Part shown: positions 1 through 8,974 of the stretch, piece after piece
Layout: the number at the start of each line of letters is the position of its first letter
Position numbering within the stretch: the first letter of the stretch is position 1
Source: Verrucomicrobiota bacterium
GTDB taxonomy: Bacteria; Verrucomicrobiota; Verrucomicrobiia; Limisphaerales; CANJSG01
Length of the DNA stretch: 26,257 nt
Reading direction: 5' to 3'
Assembly: GCA_038209745.1 (NCBI GenBank)
Contig: JBBQXJ010000067.1
Span: forward strand, 1-26,257
Position numbers and translations under genes: made by a program
Notes under the pieces: model-generated
What the model was told of the DNA's origin: nothing
The model's input: the letters and a program-made list of their open reading frames with translations, nothing else
The model's database searches: none

Positions 1-816
1 GGCTCCTTCTCCTACTCTCCCGCCGCCGGAACCATCCTCGGCGCCGGAACCCAGACCCTCACCGTCTCTTTCTCTCCCACCGACTCCCTCAACTACACCA
101 CGGCCTCACGCACCGTCACTTTCACGGTCGAAAAGGTGGCCCCGATCCTGAGCTGGCCGACTCCCTCGGCCATCGCCGCCAACACTCCCATCGGCGCGGC
201 CCAGCTCAACGCCTCGGCCAACGTCCCGGGCTCCTTCTCCTACTCTCCCGCCGCCGGAACCGTCCTCGGCGCCGGAACCCAGACCCTCACCGTCTCTTTC
301 TCTCCCACCGACTCCCTCAACTACACCACGGCGTCCCAATCGGTCAGCCTGGTCGTCGGCAAGACCACCCCGATTCTGAGCTGGCCGACTCCTGCGGCCA
401 TCGCCGCCGGCACCCCGCTCGGCGCGACCCAGCTCAACGCCTCAGCCAACGTCCCGGGCGCCTTCTCCTACTCCCCGGCCGCCGGAACCATCCTCGGCGC
501 CGGAACCCAGACCCTCACCGTCTCCTTCTCTCCCACCGACTCCCTCAACTACACAGCGGCCTCCCAAACCGTCAGCCTCGTCGTCGGCAAGGCCACCCCG
601 AGCGTGAGCTGGGCGACCCCTGCGGCCATCGCCGCCGGCACCCCGCTCGGCGCGGCCCAGCTCAACGCTTCGGCCAACGTCCCGGGCTCCTTCTCCTACT
701 CTCCCGCCGCCGGAACCATCCTCGGCGCCGGAACCCAGACCCTCACCGTCTCCTTCTCTCCTGCCGACTCCCTCAACTACACCTCCGCTGCCAAATCCGT
801 CAGTCTCGTCGTCGTG
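1..816 (+). repeat. Intragenic 228-bp tandem repeat (partial 1-132; full units about 133-360, 361-588, 589-816)
   Basis: The conserved Trp codon falls at 154, 382 and 610 (period 228). The segment 'ggc-cc-ttctcctactc' starts at 1, 229, 457 and 685. Confidence 0.95.
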
Positions 817-1062
817 TCATCTTCGGTCACCGAACGACTTAGCGTCGGGGGCGATTTGGCGGCGGAGATGTCCAAACCAGGCACAATGGCCGTAAAACTG
901 AACGGGAAAATCGGCACAGCCTATCTCATACAAGGGTCCAATGATCTGACCACTTGGGATGACCTAGGCACGGTTACTCTCGACGCAACAGGTCAGGTTG
1001 TCGTCTCTGATCCAAACGCGACCAGCCATCCTCAACGGTTCTATCGAATGGTGGAATATTGA
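1..1062 (+). CDS. 3' part of a large secreted/surface protein with tandem 76-aa beta-rich (Ig/MBG-like) repeats and a C-terminal 'YLIQGSNDLTTW...QRFYR' domain; 5'-truncated by the window
   Basis: Frame 1 is open from base 1 (GSFSYSPAAGT...) to TGA at 1060-1062. The repeat 'P-x-LSWPTP-AI-A-TP-GA-QLNASANVPG-FSYSPAAGT-LGAGTQTLTVSFSP-DSLNYT' occurs three times in full plus one partial copy. Confidence 0.85.
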   Translation, partial: GSFSYSPAAGTILGAGTQTLTVSFSPTDSLNYTTASRTVTFTVEKVAPILSWPTPSAIAANTPIGAAQLNASANVPGSFSYSPAAGTVLGAGTQTLTVSFSPTDSLNYTTASQSVSLVVGKTTPILSWPTPAAIAAGTPLGATQLNASANVPGAFSYSPAAGTILGAGTQTLTVSFSPTDSLNYTAASQTVSLVVGKATPSVSWATPAAIAAGTPLGAAQLNASANVPGSFSYSPAAGTILGAGTQTLTVSFSPADSLNYTSAAKSVSLVVVSSSVTERLSVGGDLAAEMSKPGTMAVKLNGKIGTAYLIQGSNDLTTWDDLGTVTLDATGQVVVSDPNATSHPQRFYRMVEY

Positions 1063-1573
1063 GACGCCGTCAAAAACCAAGGAAAACTCGGCCCATCGGC
1101 AGCCAAGTCGAAGCAGTATCACCTCCACATAGTCTGATTCATGTTCCAATCCTTCGGTTCCGGCGCGTCCTCTCCGTGACACCGGCATTTGGACACGTCG
1201 CGGACGCGCGTGGGTTTGCCCTTTCGGGACAAGATTTTCCAGACGGATGTATTTAACCTGGAAAAAGGCCGCACCTCTCTCTCGAACGGCAATCCTTTCC
1301 GTTGTTTCCTTGCACGAACCAACCCTGTTTGGCGGCGCCATCGATCCACATCTCTTCTCCCAAAAGTGGGAACGCCGCCTCCGTCGGTCGAAGTTTTAGG
1401 AACACCGCGTTGTGATTGGCTCCCGCTGCCGGCCACTTCTGCGCGAAGGGAATCCGCCCCTGACCGCAAAGCTTTTCCGTTGCCTCTTCCGGATCCTTTC
1501 GCAGGGAACCGTCAGCCAATATGCCCGGCAATCCTGACTGGCCAATTCCCCTGGTGACAGGTCGACAAACGAA

Positions 1574-1603
1574 AAGCGCCATGACAATCAAGTCATGGCG
1601 CTT
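1574..1603 (-). terminator. Rho-independent terminator of the PEP-CTERM gene
   Basis: Perfect 12-bp stem aagcgccatgac/gtcatggcgctt with a 6-nt loop, about 35 nt past the stop at 1638. On the minus strand it is followed by a T-rich tail (ttcgttt). Confidence 0.75.
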
Positions 1604-1637
1604 CGACGACAACAGTCGGAGACCTCGTCCTTACGGA

Positions 1638-2381
1638 CTAGACCGCAGAGGAACCCTTGCGAGTTCTCAGCATCACGATGCCACCAAGCAAGGCGAAAGC
1701 ACCTGCCGACACCGCAGTGGAGACCTCAGGAACCGGGGACGGAGTGAAACCCAAGATATCCACGAAAGCATCACCGCCCGGTTTGGGAGCAATGATAAGC
1801 TTGAAAGAGTCGATGCTCGACCAATCAATCGCACCGGCACCGGTGAAGGATGCCAATGACGAAGAAAGCGTGGTGAATGCGATGCCGCCGGGCACAATCG
1901 TCGGAGTGTAAGAGGCCACGTTCACGCCATCGAAAATCTCGAAGGTAAAAGGTGTCGTTCCCGCAGAAACGTCAGCCAAAACTTCCATGCTGAAGAGCAC
2001 GGAGGAAGGAGGACCGTAGGACGAGAAATCGAAGGCAGCTCCACCAAGGAGGGTCCAGGTGACGGTCGCTGTTGCGGAAACCGCAGTATCCGTCGCGAAA
2101 CTAAAAATCCCACCGACGACTTCTGCTTTCGCAGCTGAGCCGGAAATGACTCCGCTGTTGAACTTCAAATCAACTTGCCTTTTGAGTGTCGGGAAAGAAG
2201 AGCCAACGACCGGGGACGTGGAAGACGGTCCATCAGTCGGTGACGCCGCTGTGACACTGAGCGGGAAGAAGAATGCGTCCGAGAACGGATCCAAAATAAC
2301 GGTAGGCGCAGCTGCAACAGCGCTTTGCAGCCCGAGCAGACCGGAAGCCGCCACCAACAGGGTCAATGGGAATTTTTTCAT
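1638..2381 (-). CDS. PEP-CTERM (exosortase target) surface protein, VPEV variant
   Basis: Signal peptide MKKFPLTLLVAASGLLGLQSAVAA, Ser/Thr-rich body, and C-terminal VPEVST + hydrophobic helix (AVSAGAFALLGGIVML) + basic RTRK. Confidence 0.85.
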   Translation of the reverse strand: MKKFPLTLLVAASGLLGLQSAVAAAPTVILDPFSDAFFFPLSVTAASPTDGPSSTSPVVGSSFPTLKRQVDLKFNSGVISGSAAKAEVVGGIFSFATDTAVSATATVTWTLLGGAAFDFSSYGPPSSVLFSMEVLADVSAGTTPFTFEIFDGVNVASYTPTIVPGGIAFTTLSSSLASFTGAGAIDWSSIDSFKLIIAPKPGGDAFVDILGFTPSPVPEVSTAVSAGAFALLGGIVMLRTRKGSSAV

Positions 2382-2921
2382 AGGGTCAAGATTTGAGTTT
2401 TTTTCAGCCGAAACATTGCCGACTTACTCTTAACTTCTACATAGATAGACGATGTTCTTGTTCTGAGGCAAGACATTTTCCACAAAATGGACACCAGCTA
2501 GGGCCGAGAATCCAATTCAGCTTCTAAAATACTCTTCCAGAATATGTTAGAACTCTCTTAAAGCTGCCCAGGACCATCCGCTCCAATCGTACTCGATACA
2601 GAAAATTACGAATCTTGCGGTGATTTAGACCCTCTCAAGGACGCAAACTTGAATGACGAGCAATTCGGCAAGAGCTATTCGCCAACGTCCAACCCGATTT
2701 GACAGCTCCAAACAGACCGCGAGTGGCCTTTGGGGATCCAGCTGTGTGTTTGCTTTCATGCCGCGCGCGGAATGATCAGGACTAAAACCATGTTGAAACT
2801 TCGCGGCGTCGCACTTGAATTCCCATAAGATTTACCACTTTCGCGACGCCGGTCTGCCTCTTCAATCCAATCACCTGAGCTGTTGCGGTGCCGAGATCCG
2901 GTCCGGTATCTATCTTCATCC

Positions 2922-3608
2922 GTGAGCAAACTTGGACACCTCTTCAGCCAAAACGTCGAATGGGCCGAGACCATTCGCCAGCAGGACCCTGACTTCTTCA
3001 AGAAGCTCTCGAGCCAGCAAGCGCCTCAATACCTCTGGATCGGTTGTTCGGACAGCCGCGTGCCGGCGAACGAGATCGTCGGACTGCTGCCCGGCGAATT
3101 GTTCGTCCATCGCAACGTGGCCAACGTGGTCGTCCACTCCGACCTGAACTGCCTTTCCGTCGTCCAGTTCGCCGTCGACGTGCTCAAGGTGAAGCATGTG
3201 ATCGTCACCGGCCACTATGGTTGTAGCGGCGTGGCTGCGGCGCTCCAAAATCAAAAGCTTGGACTCATCGACAATTGGCTGCGGCACGTCCAGGACGTCC
3301 GTCAAATGCACGGCCTGATTCTCGACGAACTCGAAGGAGAGAAGGCGAAGGTCGACATGCTCTGCGAGCTGAACGTCATAGAGCAGGCGGTCAACGTGTC
3401 GCAGACGACGATCGTCCAGGACGCCTGGGCCCGCGGACAGGAACTGACCATCCACGGTTGGATCTACGGCGTGCATGACGGCCGCATCCGCGATCTCAAC
3501 ATGGCGGTCGAACAGCCCACCGAACTCGGCGAGACCTACTCCAAAGCCCTCGACGCCTGTCTCGCTCGCAAGGGTGTCCAGCTCCGGGCGCGCAAACCGC
3601 CCCGTTGA
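2922..3608 (+). CDS. can: Beta-class carbonic anhydrase
   Basis: Motifs WIGCSDSRVP, GELFVHRNVAN and GHYGC (Zn ligands), plus CELNV. Start taken at GTG 2922 to match the usual family length. Confidence 0.95.
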   Translation: MSKLGHLFSQNVEWAETIRQQDPDFFKKLSSQQAPQYLWIGCSDSRVPANEIVGLLPGELFVHRNVANVVVHSDLNCLSVVQFAVDVLKVKHVIVTGHYGCSGVAAALQNQKLGLIDNWLRHVQDVRQMHGLILDELEGEKAKVDMLCELNVIEQAVNVSQTTIVQDAWARGQELTIHGWIYGVHDGRIRDLNMAVEQPTELGETYSKALDACLARKGVQLRARKPPR

Positions 3609-3952
3609 GCCTTTGCGTGCGGCTTATCGACAGGCTCTTCGCCCGGGGTCCCATTCGCCGAGCAGTCTGGAGGCTATGGCATCCCTGCCTGACGCGCTGC
3701 TGGCCTGCCCCCGATTGTTGATCCAGGTGCTATGAGAGTTTTGGTTGGGTTGCGGGGTTTGTGTCGGGGGTGATCCTGGTGTCGGGTTCGGTGCGGCCTG
3801 GGTTGGAACTCCGCTTGATCGCTTGATCTGCTCAACCGCCGTCAACCGCGCGCTCATCGCCGGCGAGCTCCGCTACCGGTCGGGACTTCGGCGGAGACAG
3901 CGCCCGGGAAAGAGCACTGGACGCGGTGCCGGCCTTCTTCACAGTCGTGCGC

Positions 3953-4984
3953 ATGTTCGACCTGACACTCGCCCCCAAGACAGACCCTTCGCAGCTCTAC
4001 CGGTACCGTGACGGCTTTTACGCGGTCGACATGCTCGACGTCGCTCTCGTGGAACTGGACTTGTTCACCTGGTTGAACGGTGTCGGCCCCAGGTCACTGC
4101 CCGAGATCGCAGCGCACTTCGGATTCCACCTCCGCCCGCTCGACGTCATGACGACGCTCTTCGTCGCGCTGGGTCTTCTCGCCCGCGATGGCGATCGTCT
4201 TTCCGTGACCGAGGCGGGCCGCGAGCACGTGGTGACGGGCTCGCCGTGGAATCTCGCCCCCTACTATCCCAAGATCAAAGACCGCCCGATCGCGCAGGAT
4301 CTGCTGACGATTCTCCGCACGGACAAGCCGGCGAATTTCGCGGCCCGCAAGGACCAGGGCGATTGGCACAAGGCGATGGAGAGCGAAACGTTCGCGGAAG
4401 AATTCACCGCGATGATGGATTGCCGGGGTGTCCTCCTCGCCCAGGCCTTGGCCGCGAATCTCGACCTTTCCAAGCGGTCGAGCCTGCTGGATATCGCGGG
4501 CGGTTCCGGCGTGTATGCCTGCGCGTTCGCCGCCCGGTTTCCCGGTCTGAAAGCCTGCGTTCTGGACAAGCCGCCCGTGGACAAGATCGCGGCGCGCGCC
4601 ACCGCCAAGCGTGGCTTCTCCGAGCGGGTTGGCACCGTCGCGGCGGACATGCTGACCGAACCATTGCCGACCGGCCACGACGTGCATCTCTACTCGAATG
4701 TGCTGCACGACTGGGATGTGCCGGAAGTGCGGCAATTGATGAAAGCCTCGGCCGACGCGCTGCCGGCCGGTGGATGGTTGATCGTCCATGACGCCTTCCT
4801 GACGCCGGCCAAAGACGGACCCCTGCCGGTGGCCGAATACTCGGTGGTGCTGTTGCACATCACCCAGGGGCGTTGTTACTCGACGAAGGAGATCGAGGAC
4901 ATCGGCGCCGAGTTCGGGTTCGAACCATTGACCCACGTGACGAGCGCGGTCGGCCGGAGCGCCGTGGTCCTCGTGAAGCGCTGA
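3953..4984 (+). CDS. SAM-dependent O-methyltransferase (family 2, with N-terminal dimerisation/wHTH domain)
   Basis: SAM motif LLDIAGGSG, catalytic region SNVLHDW, and LPAGG-LIVHD. ATG at 3953. Confidence 0.9.
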   Translation: MFDLTLAPKTDPSQLYRYRDGFYAVDMLDVALVELDLFTWLNGVGPRSLPEIAAHFGFHLRPLDVMTTLFVALGLLARDGDRLSVTEAGREHVVTGSPWNLAPYYPKIKDRPIAQDLLTILRTDKPANFAARKDQGDWHKAMESETFAEEFTAMMDCRGVLLAQALAANLDLSKRSSLLDIAGGSGVYACAFAARFPGLKACVLDKPPVDKIAARATAKRGFSERVGTVAADMLTEPLPTGHDVHLYSNVLHDWDVPEVRQLMKASADALPAGGWLIVHDAFLTPAKDGPLPVAEYSVVLLHITQGRCYSTKEIEDIGAEFGFEPLTHVTSAVGRSAVVLVKR

Positions 4985-5003
4985 CGAGTGGAAACCGCCC
5001 GGA

Positions 5004-5378
5004 CTATGCGGCACGCAAGGCCAGTTTTTCGATCATCGAGACAAGTTGGGCCGGCTCGAACGGCTTGGCCAGCACGTCGGTGGCGCCGACCCCGCGGGCC
5101 ATCGTGAGATAGCTGGCCGGGGTGAGACGGCCCCCGCCCGAGATGGCGATGATCGGAAGAGCGGAATGCTCCCGGCGGACCGTGCGGATCGTTTCCAGTC
5201 CTTCGACATCGGGCATGATCAGGTCCGTGACGAGAATATCCACCGATGATTCCGCGAGCGCCTTGGCGACGTCCTGCCCGCTCGGCAGATCCCTGACCGT
5301 GTGCCCGGCGCTCGTCAGAATGCGAACCATCGCCTTCCGAAAGCTGTCGTCGTCGTCCACCAACAATACATGGCTCAT
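5004..5378 (-). CDS. Stand-alone response regulator receiver (CheY-like)
   Basis: VLLVDDD, phospho-acceptor region LVTDLIMPDVEG, IIAISGG and LAKPF; no output domain. Confidence 0.93.
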   Translation of the reverse strand: MSHVLLVDDDDSFRKAMVRILTSAGHTVRDLPSGQDVAKALAESSVDILVTDLIMPDVEGLETIRTVRREHSALPIIAISGGGRLTPASYLTMARGVGATDVLAKPFEPAQLVSMIEKLALRAA

Positions 5379-5389
5379 AGCTTGGAAAT

Positions 5390-5764
5390 TCAGTGCTCAA
5401 TCAACCGCGCCGGTGCCGGAATCAGATCCACCGCCTTGATCGGTTTCGTCAAGACTTCGCGGATCCCGACACTCCGAATCGACTCCTCGGAAAGACTTCC
5501 GGGATGACAGCTTGTCAGCATGATCGGCAGTCCGGGAAGGGACCTGAAGAGAGAAGCGGTTGCGTCCAATCCGAAGGCACCGGCCACGGCGTGGTCGACG
5601 ATGGCGAGGCGGATGTCATGGCTTGGACCCTCCACCGTCTGCACGGGAACCTCCGGGCGGGCCACCGAAGCAGGAGGCCGTCCATTTTCTACAACAAGCG
5701 TCGCATCGAGCAACCGATGTTCGACGTCCAAGATCGGGCTCTCCTCGCCCTTGCCCCGGGAAAG
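5390..5764 (-). pseudogene. Degenerate receiver domain resembling the C-terminus of a hybrid histidine kinase
   Basis: Reads LSRGKGE...ILDVE...DIRLAIVDHAVAGAFGLD...PGLPIMLTS...GIREVLTKP. This resembles 'PRGxGExILVVDDE...D..MPGM.G...KP', but the acidic pocket and MP motif are eroded and no kinase domain is recognisable upstream. Confidence 0.6.
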
Positions 5765-6065
5765 TTTGGACGCCGATCGCTGAACGGCCTCCGTCGCCGT
5801 CGAAAGTCGGGAGGCCGACGAGGAATCCCGGATTCCTTGCCCCGCTTCCCTATCCGCTGAGCGGGAAGCTTCCGAATACCCAGTTTTCTCGGCTGCCGAC
5901 TGTTTCGATTGGGTTGCCAATCCAAGACACGGATTGGGGAGAGACTGTGTTGAAAGGGAAACGACGCGCTCGAAACGCCAGCACCAGCAGTTGGGGGTCA
6001 ACCCGACTTGTCGCAGAATCGCAACCAAGGGTGAATGGTTTCACTGCGCACCCCTTGGAACGGCC

Positions 6066-6638
6066 TCAGTGCAGCATCGGCATGGGATTTGGCACCCGCA
6101 TCAATTCCGCATCCAAGTCCAGGTAGAAGTCCAACCGTCGCTGAGTCTCCTCCAGATCGATCTCCCGCGCCATGATCAGGAAGGTGGCGTAGTGGTTCCC
6201 CTCGGATTCCACCAGGCTGGCATAGAACGCCGCCAACTCCCCGTCGATCGGCTTCAGTGCCTCGGCCAGAACCTGGAACTTCTCGCAGCTCCGCCCCTCG
6301 ACCAGCGAGCAGCAGATCAGGCGATCAACCACCTGCTGCTTCGTCCCGCTGCGCACCGAGCGCATCAGCCCCGAGATCCAGGGACTCGGAAACGCCTGTC
6401 CGAACGGAATGCCGCGCCTCTCCAACAGACCCAACACCAGCTCGAAGTGCTGCAACTCCTCGATGGCGATGGCGTTCAGGTCGCGGACCCGGGGAAACAG
6501 AGCCGGAAACTTCTCCAGGTTCAGCGCCGAAGACGCGGCTTTCCGCTCCAGATGGGCGTGGTCGATCAAAACGGCCGGCAGATTCGCCAACACCTTCGGC
6601 AGCCAGGTCGCGGGAACTTTTTCGCGGAGCATTTCCAT
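6066..6638 (-). CDS. miaE: tRNA-(ms2io6A) hydroxylase, di-iron ferritin-like
   Basis: DHAHLERKAA, EELQHF, EGRSCEKF and ESEGNHY match the MiaE di-iron ligand pattern. Start ATG is 6638 or 6632. Confidence 0.88.
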   Translation of the reverse strand: MEMLREKVPATWLPKVLANLPAVLIDHAHLERKAASSALNLEKFPALFPRVRDLNAIAIEELQHFELVLGLLERRGIPFGQAFPSPWISGLMRSVRSGTKQQVVDRLICCSLVEGRSCEKFQVLAEALKPIDGELAAFYASLVESEGNHYATFLIMAREIDLEETQRRLDFYLDLDAELMRVPNPMPMLH

Positions 6639-6858
6639 CCCCGGAGTCCTAGTCGGCCCAACCCATGTCGCCAAGGCCGAACGACATCCCGATCGCCCGG
6701 TTAACCCTTGGCGCATTTGCCGGCGCGGACATGGCTCGATCAATAACAAAGGACGACGGATCGATACCCAAGCAAAGTCGAAGCACAGTTCCCACGCAAA
6801 GGACGGTTTCAATGGCATGGATTCAATGCCCCTCAACTCCCTTTTCACTCCAGCTCGT

Positions 6859-7163
6859 TCCGTCATCATCACCGACCGGGGCGGCTTCGCCTTGAGCACG
6901 CCGCTGTCAGTCACCTTCACCAACCCTCCTCCACCCCCACGATTCGGGGCGGTCCCATCGCCGGTACGTTCGATTCAAAAGGCGTGATGGGCCCCTTCGC
7001 CAACTCGACCAGTGCGTCCGCGAGATTCAGCGGCGACCGCAAGGACGCTGCCGGCATCCATCAGGCCCAGGCCGGATACGACACCGGCACCTGCAGAGGC
7101 CAGTTCAGCGGCAACTACGGTTCCGGCGGCGACACCTTGGGCGCCTTCACCTTCGCTTGGTAG
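6859..7163 (+). pseudogene. Possible frameshifted relic of a secreted beta-rich protein
   Basis: SVIITDRGGFALSTPLSVTFTNPPP resembles the end of an Ig strand. Another frame then reads GGPIAGTFDSKG...GQFSGNYGSGGDTLGAFTFAW* with host-like codons. No clear start. Confidence 0.3.
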
Positions 7164-7313
7164 GATCCAATCTGAGCATCCCGAACGTGGCTTCACGAGC
7201 GGTTCAAAACTCCTACTCCCGGGTCATCCCTTTGGAATTTGATTCGGGACCTTCGTCGCTCCCAAAGAGCACTTGATCCCGCTGTCGCATCTGGCACCGT
7301 TTGCGGCCTGTCT

Positions 7314-8405
7314 ATGGCCCACGTAAAACTGCACATCCCCGGTCCCGTCGAAGTCAGCCCCAAGACCTTCCAGGCGCTCTGCCGCCCAGCCATCGGCCAT
7401 CGCGGCCAAGGCTTCAAGGACCTCTACGGGAAGATCCAGCCCCAGCTCCAGACCCTGCTCTCCACCCAGCAGCTCGTCTATCTCTCCACCTCCTCCGCCT
7501 GGGGCGTGATGGAGGGCGCCATCCGCAACCTCGTCACCAAGAAGGTCCTGAACTGCATGAACGGCGCGTTCTCCGACAAGTGGTTCGACGTCTCCAAGAA
7601 ATGCGGCAAAAACGCCGAGGCGCTCCAGGTCGAATGGGGCTCCCCGATCCGGGCCGAACAGATCGACGCCAAGCTGGCCACCGGCGAGTTCGACGCCGTC
7701 ACGCTGATCCACAATGAGACCAGCACCGGAACCATGAGCCCGATCACCGAGATCGCCGCGCTCAAGGCGAAGTATCCCGACGTGATGTTCATCGTGGACG
7801 CCGTCAGCTCCATGACCGCGCTGCCGCTGGACTTCGACGCCCTCAGCATCGACGTCCTGCTTGCCGGCACGCAGAAAGCGTTTGCTCTGCCGCCCGGCCT
7901 CGCCGTCTTCGTCGCGTCGCCCGCTGCTCTGGCCAAGGCCGCGACGGTCAAGGATCGCGGCTACTACTTCGACTTCGTCGAGTTCCAGAAGAACGCCGAG
8001 CAGAGCATGACCCCCAGCACGCCGAGCATTCCGCACATCTACGCCCTGGACTCCAAGCTGGAGGACTTCTTCGCCGAAGGGCTGGAAGCCCGCTACGCCC
8101 GCCACAAGACGACGAACAAAATGGTCCGCGATTGGGGCACGAAACACGGCATCACGCTTTTCCCCGACGCCGGGTTCGAATCGATCACGCTCACCTGCTT
8201 CAACAACGGCGCAAAGCCCGGAGCCGGCCGCACCATCGACGTGGCCAAGCTGCAGAAAGCGGTGAAGGACTCCGGGTTCCTGATCGACGGCGGCTACGGC
8301 AAGATCAAGGGCACCACCTTCCGGATCTCCAACATGGGCGACGAAACCGTCGAATCCATGGCCCCGCTCATCGCCGCGCTGGACAAGGCGATGGCGTCGC
8401 TCTGA
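7314..8405 (+). CDS. Class V PLP-dependent aminotransferase (alanine-glyoxylate/serine-pyruvate/phosphoserine aminotransferase family)
   Basis: IPGP, IGHR, HNETSTG, VDAVSS, PLP-lysine motif GTQKAFALPPG, and FRISNMG. ATG at 7314. Confidence 0.93.
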   Translation: MAHVKLHIPGPVEVSPKTFQALCRPAIGHRGQGFKDLYGKIQPQLQTLLSTQQLVYLSTSSAWGVMEGAIRNLVTKKVLNCMNGAFSDKWFDVSKKCGKNAEALQVEWGSPIRAEQIDAKLATGEFDAVTLIHNETSTGTMSPITEIAALKAKYPDVMFIVDAVSSMTALPLDFDALSIDVLLAGTQKAFALPPGLAVFVASPAALAKAATVKDRGYYFDFVEFQKNAEQSMTPSTPSIPHIYALDSKLEDFFAEGLEARYARHKTTNKMVRDWGTKHGITLFPDAGFESITLTCFNNGAKPGAGRTIDVAKLQKAVKDSGFLIDGGYGKIKGTTFRISNMGDETVESMAPLIAALDKAMASL

Positions 8406-8454
8406 TCGACTCGAGTTCAGGCGGCCGGGATAATCCCAGCCGCTTTTTGAACGC

Positions 8455-8498
8455 CACGAATTGCCACGAATGGAGACCGCAATTCGTGGCAATTCGTG
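8455..8498. repeat. REP-like palindrome built of tandem CACGAAT units
   Basis: cacgaattgccacgaat (8455-8471) and its exact reverse complement attcgtggcaattcgtg (8482-8498), separated by a 10-nt loop. Confidence 0.85.
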
Positions 8499-8509
8499 TC
8501 TGAAGAAAA

Positions 8510-8974
8510 ATGCCCCGCTTCACCGCCATCGCCGCCATGTCCGAGAACCGCGTCATTGGACGCGGCTTGGAGATTCCGTGGCGCCTTCCTGAAGACTTCA
8601 AGTGGTTCAAGCAAACCACTCTTGGGCATGTGCTGGTGATGGGGCGGAAGACTTTTGAATCCATCGGACGCCCCCTGCCCGGCCGAGAGACCATCGTCCT
8701 GACCCGCTCGGCCTTCAGCCATCCCGGCGTCACCACCGCGAGCACGTTGGAGGAAGTCGAAACCCAAGTCGGCGACCGCCAAGCCTTCATCGCCGGCGGC
8801 GCCGAAATCTACCGCCTCGCCCTGCCCCGTTGCTCCGACCTCTACCTCACCCTCGTCAAGCGCACGGTCGAGGGCGACGTGTTCTTCCCCCCGTTCGAGG
8901 ACCAGTTCGAACTCGTCGAGGAAGTCCGCGACACGCCGGAGTTCAAGATCCTGCAATACCGGCGGAAAAAGTAG
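8510..8974 (+). CDS. folA: Dihydrofolate reductase
   Basis: AAMSENRVIG, IPWRLPEDFKWFK, MGRKTFESIGRPLPGR, IAGGAEIY and EGDVFFP. Confidence 0.97.
   Translation: MPRFTAIAAMSENRVIGRGLEIPWRLPEDFKWFKQTTLGHVLVMGRKTFESIGRPLPGRETIVLTRSAFSHPGVTTASTLEEVETQVGDRQAFIAGGAEIYRLALPRCSDLYLTLVKRTVEGDVFFPPFEDQFELVEEVRDTPEFKILQYRRKK

Noticed and set aside
1..816. Regular repeats as a CRISPR array
   Set aside because: In-frame 228-bp coding units with no unique spacers and no cas genes.
1063..1570. ORFs or ncRNA in the spacer, including the inverted repeat ttttccag...ctggaaaa (1235-1265)
   Set aside because: No coding bias or recognisable RNA motif; the short repeat could be chance.
2405..2422. Minus-strand GG-N10-GC upstream of the PEP-CTERM gene as a sigma54 promoter
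   Set aside because: Poor match to consensus outside the two dinucleotides.
3609..3952. GT-rich spacer and short ORFs between can and the methyltransferase
   Set aside because: No supportable product, repeat unit or structure.
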